From: a virus
Lineage: Duplodnaviria; Caudoviricetes
Strand: one strand, 5' to 3'
Length of the DNA: 62,961 bases
Virus record (IMG/VR): IMGVR_UViG_3300048592_000259
Coordinates: 1-62,961 of that record
Shown: positions 60,701 through 62,961 of the stretch, piece by piece
Position numbering within the stretch: position 1 is the first letter of the stretch
How the letters are laid out: every line of letters starts with the position of its first letter
The notes under the pieces: generated by a model
Databases searched by the model: none
What the model saw: the letters and a program-made list of their open reading frames with translations, nothing else
Told to the model about the DNA's origin: nothing
Position numbers and translations under genes: made by a program

Positions 60701-62961
60701 CTCGTCGGCGCGCTTCGGCAGCGCGTCCACGGCCTTGAGCGCGGCCGTCTGCGCCGCCGCCACCAGGTCGTCGGTGCGCTTCGCCGTCTCGGCGCGCTGG
60801 GCCTTCGTCATGGACGCGCCGGGCTCGAACAGCGCCTTCTGGCCGGCCGCGGCGCCCACGTCGGCGTCGCGATCGCTGCCGGTCAGGGCGAAGCCCTTCG
60901 GGTCGGGCGCACGATCGCGCTTCGCCGCGTCGGCCTCGCGCTTGGCGGCGATCGCCGCGTCGACCTTCGCGGCCTGTTCCGTCTGCGCAACAAGCGAGAA
61001 ACCGCCGGTCGCCGCATTGTCGCTATCCCCTTGACTTGGGGGTACAATTGGGGTTGTGGACCTTCCCGATTCCTTCCCCTCCGGCGCCTCCTTCCTCGAC
61101 GTGGAAGGCGTGCCCGTGTCGCTCGGCGCGGGCGTCAAGGGGCTGTACTGCGCCGCTTGGGACGGCAAGGCGCCGCGACCCTTCCCGGTCGACTCGGCGC
61201 GGTCCAACGGCGCCCCGGTGAGCGAAGACGGCTTCCGCGCCTTGGTCGCCTCCTTCCACGCCGCGTCGTAGATCGCCTTCATCTTCGCGTTCAGGGTCGC
61301 GATGATGCGGGCCTCGAACGGTGTCGGGTCGCGCTTCTCCGCCTCCAGCTTGCGTTCCAGCTTCGCGCGGCGCTCGTACAGCGGGTGCGCGATTTTCTTG
61401 GCGCCGAGCATCGCCGGCAGGTTCACCTGCACTTCGGCGACGATGCCGCCGACGTTCACGTTGAACTTGGCGTCCCGGTAGCCGTCGACGGGATCCGCCG
61501 AATCGTCCAGGAGATTGCGCCGGCCGTTCGGCAGCACGTCGAACGCCGCGAGGATCTGTGCGACCGCCTCGCGCGCCTCGGCCGGCGTGTCGGCGACGAT
61601 CGTGCCGCGCAGCACGTCCTTGATCCTGGCCGCGTCGCCCGCGTAGTCGGCCTGGATCTTCTCGACGGCGCGCGCGGTGCCCTTGAGCGGCGCCAGCTTG
61701 GCCTTGCCGCCGATCGCCGCGGCGATCGTCTCCAGGGCGGCGTCGAAGTCGGGCTTCGCCGCCTCGGCCGCGGAGTAGATCATGGACAGCGTTTCCCGCG
61801 CGTCGGGCGGGAGCTTCTCGGCGTGCGCATCGCCCTTGAGCGGGTCGTCCAGGATGTCGACCTGCTTCTCGTCGAACACCTTGAACTCGACCGCCTCGGA
61901 CGTGTCGCCGTTGCTCGCGTGGATCGCGCCGTCGAAGCCCGCGGCCTTGAGCTTCGCGACTTCGGCGGGGTCGTCGAGGAACTGGTAGGCGTCGAAGTAG
62001 AGGTCGCCCAGCTTCGATGGGTCGCGCTTGAGAAGGTCCGCGACGTTCGAGTACTCGGCCGAGAAGCCCTCGTCCCAATTGTTCGTGCCTTCGATCGCGT
62101 GGGCGAACTTGAGCGCGATGCGCTTCGCCTCTGCCGCGCCGAGCTCGCGCTGGATCGCGTCGAGCCCGATGAACGGGTCGTCCGGCTGGTCGATGAACGG
62201 GTTGTCGAGCGTCAGGCGCGCGCGCAGGACGCGCGGGTCGACGGCGTACTTGTCTTGAATCCGGTCGTTCGGCTCGTCGGCGTAGGTCTGCGCGGCCTCG
62301 CGCTTGTCGACGAACGTGATGGACGGGTTGCGCGTCTGGACCTTGCGGCCGTCGCGCTTGCCGTGTTCGCCGCGGTAGACGACCGCGGGCAGCTTGGAAC
62401 GCTTCAGCCCTTGGGCGGGCTTGGCCGCTTGAGCGGCGGTTCCTTGCTGTTGATCCGGTTCCCCGCGGCGACGATCAGGTGCGTCAGGCTCTCGACCTGC
62501 GCCGTCCTCGCCTCGTTGCGGGGCTGCGCGGCTGGGGCCATTTTCGGCGGCGATCCGGGGTGCTTCGCTGCCATACGAGTCCTCCAGGAACCGGTTGACG
62601 CGGGCCGTCAGGTCCGCGGTCGTGGCCGGCGCGCGCCCGAACATATCGCCCGAGGTCGCCGCCTGCTTCTCATCGTACAGGAAGCGCGCGGCCTCGGAAA
62701 AGCCCGCCGCCAGGCGCTTCGGCGACCGCGTGTTCTGGAGCATCAGCCCCGTCATCGCGACCGTCATCGGGTCGCGGCCCAGGAGATCCGGCTGGCGCAG
62801 CACTTCCTCGCCCTTGAGCCCCCGCGACTTCGCCTCGCGGACGATCTGCGCGGCCTCGATCATCGCCGGCCGGATGTCGAGTTCGCCACCGAAGTCCACC
62901 TTCGCCCACGCGGGCGCGGCGGCGGTGAAGGCGTGCAGGATGTTCTTGATGTCCGAGTCGT
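51746..62961 (-). CDS. Main part of the giant DarB-like polyvalent protein (total ~4,494 aa): ART-like, RelA/SpoT, JAB/RadC, N6-adenine MTase, SNF2 helicase and PLxRFG domains
   Basis: ART-like VYRG...GFDG...EFKVFD (~62390-61860); RelA/SpoT KGTARAVEK, DVLRG, GYRD, EVQ, HPLYE (~61780-61370); JAB HNHPSG...SSSD (~60340); MTase LEPAMGVG and NVPF; helicase AVGAGKT, VDEAH, TGTP, QRNGRMVRQGN; PLMRFG at 53683-53666. Confidence 0.92.
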   Translation of the reverse strand, partial: DSDIKNILHAFTAAAPAWAKVDFGGELDIRPAMIEAAQIVREAKSRGLKGEEVLRQPDLLGRDPMTVAMTGLMLQNTRSPKRLAAGFSEAARFLYDEKQAATSGDMFGRAPATTADLTARVNRFLEDSYGSEAPRIAAENGPSRAAPQRGEDGAGREPDAPDRRRGEPDQQQGTAAQAAKPAQGLKRSKLPAVVYRGEHGKRDGRKVQTRNPSITFVDKREAAQTYADEPNDRIQDKYAVDPRVLRARLTLDNPFIDQPDDPFIGLDAIQRELGAAEAKRIALKFAHAIEGTNNWDEGFSAEYSNVADLLKRDPSKLGDLYFDAYQFLDDPAEVAKLKAAGFDGAIHASNGDTSEAVEFKVFDEKQVDILDDPLKGDAHAEKLPPDARETLSMIYSAAEAAKPDFDAALETIAAAIGGKAKLAPLKGTARAVEKIQADYAGDAARIKDVLRGTIVADTPAEAREAVAQILAAFDVLPNGRRNLLDDSADPVDGYRDAKFNVNVGGIVAEVQVNLPAMLGAKKIAHPLYERRAKLERKLEAEKRDPTPFEARIIATLNAKMKAIYDAAWKEATKARKPSSLTGAPLDRAESTGKGRGALPSQAAQYSPLTPAPSDTGTPSTSRKEAPEGKESGRSTTPIVPPSQGDSDNAATGGFSLVAQTEQAAKVDAAIAAKREADAAKRDRAPDPKGFALTGSDRDADVGAAAGQKALFEPGASMTKAQRAETAKRTDDLVAAAQTAALKAVDALPKRADENAKAKAARDGAMRELTQAGRVSVLAAAINLDMIRDGESTLLGKPVTSYADLAAVAQVYRDPRYETMRYVFTKGGKVIHEEAVTSRLPSVTAAFVGSPKMFLLRLEYIAKSLDADKFYLMHNHPSGRPEASSSDVNLTDYILGNKALAKLYGGHVILDTNKFGLIRIDRKRKRFVAEVRTLAANAPAPAKDLGYDRVENEYDVARIGKKIQKPGMIALIGVGADNKITLLAEIPHERFKENLRTGAMLSRLARASGSGNGIFAVGVPNNLGRVASVAVSNGFLRDAIVDAPVTADPNSYPITGSIQAAGIFPRHDFRLGGRKEAREYHARETLDLFGDPVPERKAVVARAKKESPGAIADLFDDLFSQGGQGGTQEVRNDGAAKPQGGGPGSVRADAGGRDAQRDGGGEGRGNVQRGRRDDGQPDREGGGSGDRSRRGGSGGDSGPAADQGRGDKGGGRERVRRPIAYKPPTRTGVNFRITRPETIGTGGLKQKYAGNLEAIRVLKTLESEGRAATPAEQETLSRYVGWGGMKNAFYLGHYDYFDGWLKETNRSGYGPMSMERGQSPEWAKERRELFDLLTKEEYELARGSTPNAHYTAPQIITSMWDALAHMGFKGGRVLEPAMGVGHFFGLMPDAARSASTLAGVELDSLSGRISKQLYQTADVRVQGFEQAQFPDGFFDVAISNVPFGDYTVSDPKYNKHKLFIHDYFFAKALDRVRPGGVVAFVTSDGTMDKMNSAARALIARKGEFLGAIRLPNDAFKANANTEVTTDIIFLRKREREADPAPGEAKWLNLDTIKSADGDLRVNEYFVAHPEMMMGRMTREGTMYGRGDAALKSDGRDLPASIRDAIAKLPADGVKPIATSKVFDEPIPAPDDIKPGALVVKNGKVFQKGRGLLQPMSHLDAAKVTAAIAIRDAARAHLRTQVETDDQARFDATAAALNDAYDAFVKKHGYLNEKANRATIIEDSDAPLLLALEKWNPEKKTAAKADVFTQRTVQRSVPITSADNAIDALTASLNELGRVDLAHMSRLTGFSEAELIGGLDGRIYLDPVERSWQQSEAYLSGNVRAKLREAEAAALTDPAFEANAKALRAVIPQDLVPSAIRARLGQRWIPTDVLARFAQETFGTPQRNAFDIHFSPTTSDWRVTPRSVNTDTPQMRGVWGTPELHALSLFESALNQQKPKILIHHSDGTTTVNTAATLAAAEKIDAIRAEFEAWWMRTDDVRDALARLYNDEFNTTQLRKYDGSHLTLPGTNPLIKLRQNVKDGAWRIVTGGNTLLAHAVGAGKTFTAIAGSMELKRIGAARKPMHVVPNHMLEQYSREWLQLYPNANLLLARKEDLVAEKRKELASRIATGNWDGIVITHSSFQKLAMSDEYVANFIQERIRQVEEAILEQAQTQGGGKNSRLQKRLEKRKKDLKARLDRQLAMAAKDDVVRFEELGVDRLFVDEAHYFKNLGFETKMDRMPGIGTADSQRSTDMLLKTAWLNDQANGRGAVVFMTGTPIANSVTEMFTMQRYLGMKSLQAAGLDQFDNWAAQFGEAVTQYEMRADGGGYAPKTRFAKFVNVGELAQMFGEFADVKTADMLKLPVPKLRGGKPQSMTSPKTAEMEAFVADLVARAEAIKTGTVDPRQDNMLKITSEGRKAALDMRLVDPKAADDPESKVNKAVANVLRIWTETRAAKSSQLIFSDLSTPHKGKFSVYQDIRDKLVKAGVPANEVAFIQDADTDLKKDRLFEDVRAGRVRILLGSTDKMGAGTNVQRLLKALHHLDVPWRPADVEQRNGRMVRQGNENEEVELWHYITEGSFDAFMWSAVERKSAFIDQVMRADPSVREIEEVSDRALTYAELKAFASGNPLILEKANVDGELSRLTSSQARHNENAYRLRLEATKLEQYATNQRAYAERAKLDAGRVVSTRGDAFLMTVGDRRYADRVEAAGAFARAVSEVGMNQPPIVVGHLGGFPVAVTKEKASYGDHVTVRLALQGANSYATTAGESADGNIQRLEGLVRDVTEEAARMTAVAEKNAANAAVARAESEKPYPQAAKVQELLERQRELDKALGIGVEDNGAAAAPEGGEEADDEAKPVAAEPLRRYTAGDAAQPEVGEADPQWIVAEPGLPFGVSRGTVSRITDRIQDHLTTQRVFNPWHKTVGTQFHKATVVPEFKRVYDQAQRYVNDVSRIANDAADRAKDLLPKLEGLSGVLKIGPSSKDVRAVSVPLFHGTLIDEREYTEAELRDRFHLTPRQVGLYQESRAAIERSLETLSQSEMARLARGKVDKAFIDQAMLLTHHGASQALSGELIRLSQAATTEAARAELSATAGEILNRYGRVRELIREGYAPLMRFGQYTVDAVQGDNRVYFGMFERQADANAMARSLRAEFPNAQVTQGTLSKEAHKMFRGMTPDTLELFAKATGADQREAFHEFIRMALNNRSALKRLLQRQGIAGFDQDAQRVLSAFITSNARAASGNLNNADMNDAVEAIPKRMGDVKDEAVKLVTYLQDPKEEAASLRGFLFVQYLGGSVASAVVNTTQPFMMTLPYLSQFGATKAAGALARGMKEAVTRPTDPATAAALARAEREGTVSPHEIHQLYAESIRGLGSNIYLRKGLKVWGSMFAVAEQFNRRSTFLAAFGMAKDWNAEQLADAGAKSAYDFAVNAIAETQGVYNKANRPNWARGPIGATVMTFKQYSIAYLEFLKRLPPRERAYALGLLMLASGISGLPFSDDLDDLIDTIAQSLGYNWNTKEQKRAFIVSTLGKDLGAFVLHGASTMPGFPLDVQGRMGMGNLIPGTGLAKKSNVDKGRDIVDVLGPAGGLARSVADAVTSAQSGEFGAAARQFAPKALQDAAKAVDMIQGGYALDSRGRRVIATDTTDAIARATGFNPSKVAAESRIISEGQQTANLVRAVQGEVADRWATGIFEKDKAKVNDALAQLRDWNEKNPEAKIQIRPSDIARRVKEMQTTRSERFVKAAPAGMRNDLRERLAQ
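59275..59589 (-). CDS. Overprinted TnpV-like protein, 104 aa, nested out of frame in the giant gene
   Basis: SD AAGGAGG 5 nt before GTG; high GC3 in this frame while the host frame is a Gly/Arg linker; KYETMARRSLKEADP...GTL...EAEAAVIPDLL. Confidence 0.65.
   Translation of the reverse strand: MAPKKYETMARRSLKEADPEAFEQMQADGTLNATVAAKAEETFNAVDAMMDSLIAKGADPGTALVEAEAAVIPDLLLTKDAETREADANGYDAPSRTSRPRARA
61043..61055 (+). promoter_or_regulatory. Putative antisense promoter (-10 TACAAT) for a leaderless nested ORF
   Basis: TACAAT-TGGGGTT-GTG parallels the early promoter TACGAT-GGGGTT-GTG at 28400; no canonical -35 at 17 bp. Confidence 0.5.
61056..61271 (+). CDS. Antisense nested 71-aa protein directly behind the RelA/SpoT domain (candidate antitoxin/immunity protein)
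   Basis: Globular-looking sequence with an upstream -10 box, opposite a Ser/Pro/Thr low-complexity linker of the host protein. Confidence 0.55.
   Translation: MDLPDSFPSGASFLDVEGVPVSLGAGVKGLYCAAWDGKAPRPFPVDSARSNGAPVSEDGFRALVASFHAAS
62404..62574 (-). CDS. Overprinted 56-aa basic protein nested out of frame in the giant gene, not in the ORF track
   Basis: SD GGAGG 6 nt before ATG; MAAKHPGSPPKMAPAAQPRNEARTAQVESLTHLIVAAGNRINSKEPPLKRPSPPKG; GC3 bias shifts to this frame. Confidence 0.55.
   Translation of the reverse strand: MAAKHPGSPPKMAPAAQPRNEARTAQVESLTHLIVAAGNRINSKEPPLKRPSPPKG
62835..62961. repeat. Terminal direct repeat identical to 1-127
   Basis: Exact sequence match. Confidence 0.95.

Overview
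The window is a complete, circularly assembled, very GC-rich tailed phage genome of about 62,834 bp: bases 1-127 repeat exactly at 62835-62961. The P22-type portal, N4-gp56-family major capsid protein, lack of a tape-measure gene and giant DarB-like gene give it a podovirus-like organisation resembling Bcep22/Lessievirus phages (inference). Layout: the packaging and morphogenesis operon runs on the minus strand from about 28170 down to 1, wraps across the junction and ends at 51746 in a ~4,494-aa polyvalent protein (ddrB-ParB, ART, RelA/SpoT, JAB, N6-MTase, SNF2 helicase, PLxRFG). An early accessory and DNA-modification operon lies at 28.4-35.2 kb (+), a cro/replication/lysis operon at 41.5-35.2 kb (-), and a recombination/anti-restriction operon at 41.6-51.6 kb (+). 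I recognised no integrase, CI repressor, DNA polymerase, tRNA or CRISPR array. Most notable: (1) three small ORFs hidden in inter-domain linkers of the giant gene, one antisense with its own leaderless-type promoter right behind the RelA/SpoT domain (candidate nested antitoxin) and two overprinted same-strand ORFs with strong SD sites, one TnpV-like; (2) two mini-genes resembling fragments of the phage's own major capsid protein; (3) a chromosomal-type parS site; (4) an endolysin-holin fusion; (5) a repeated palindromic operator and duplicated iteron clusters. All family assignments come from motif recognition by eye; no searches were run.
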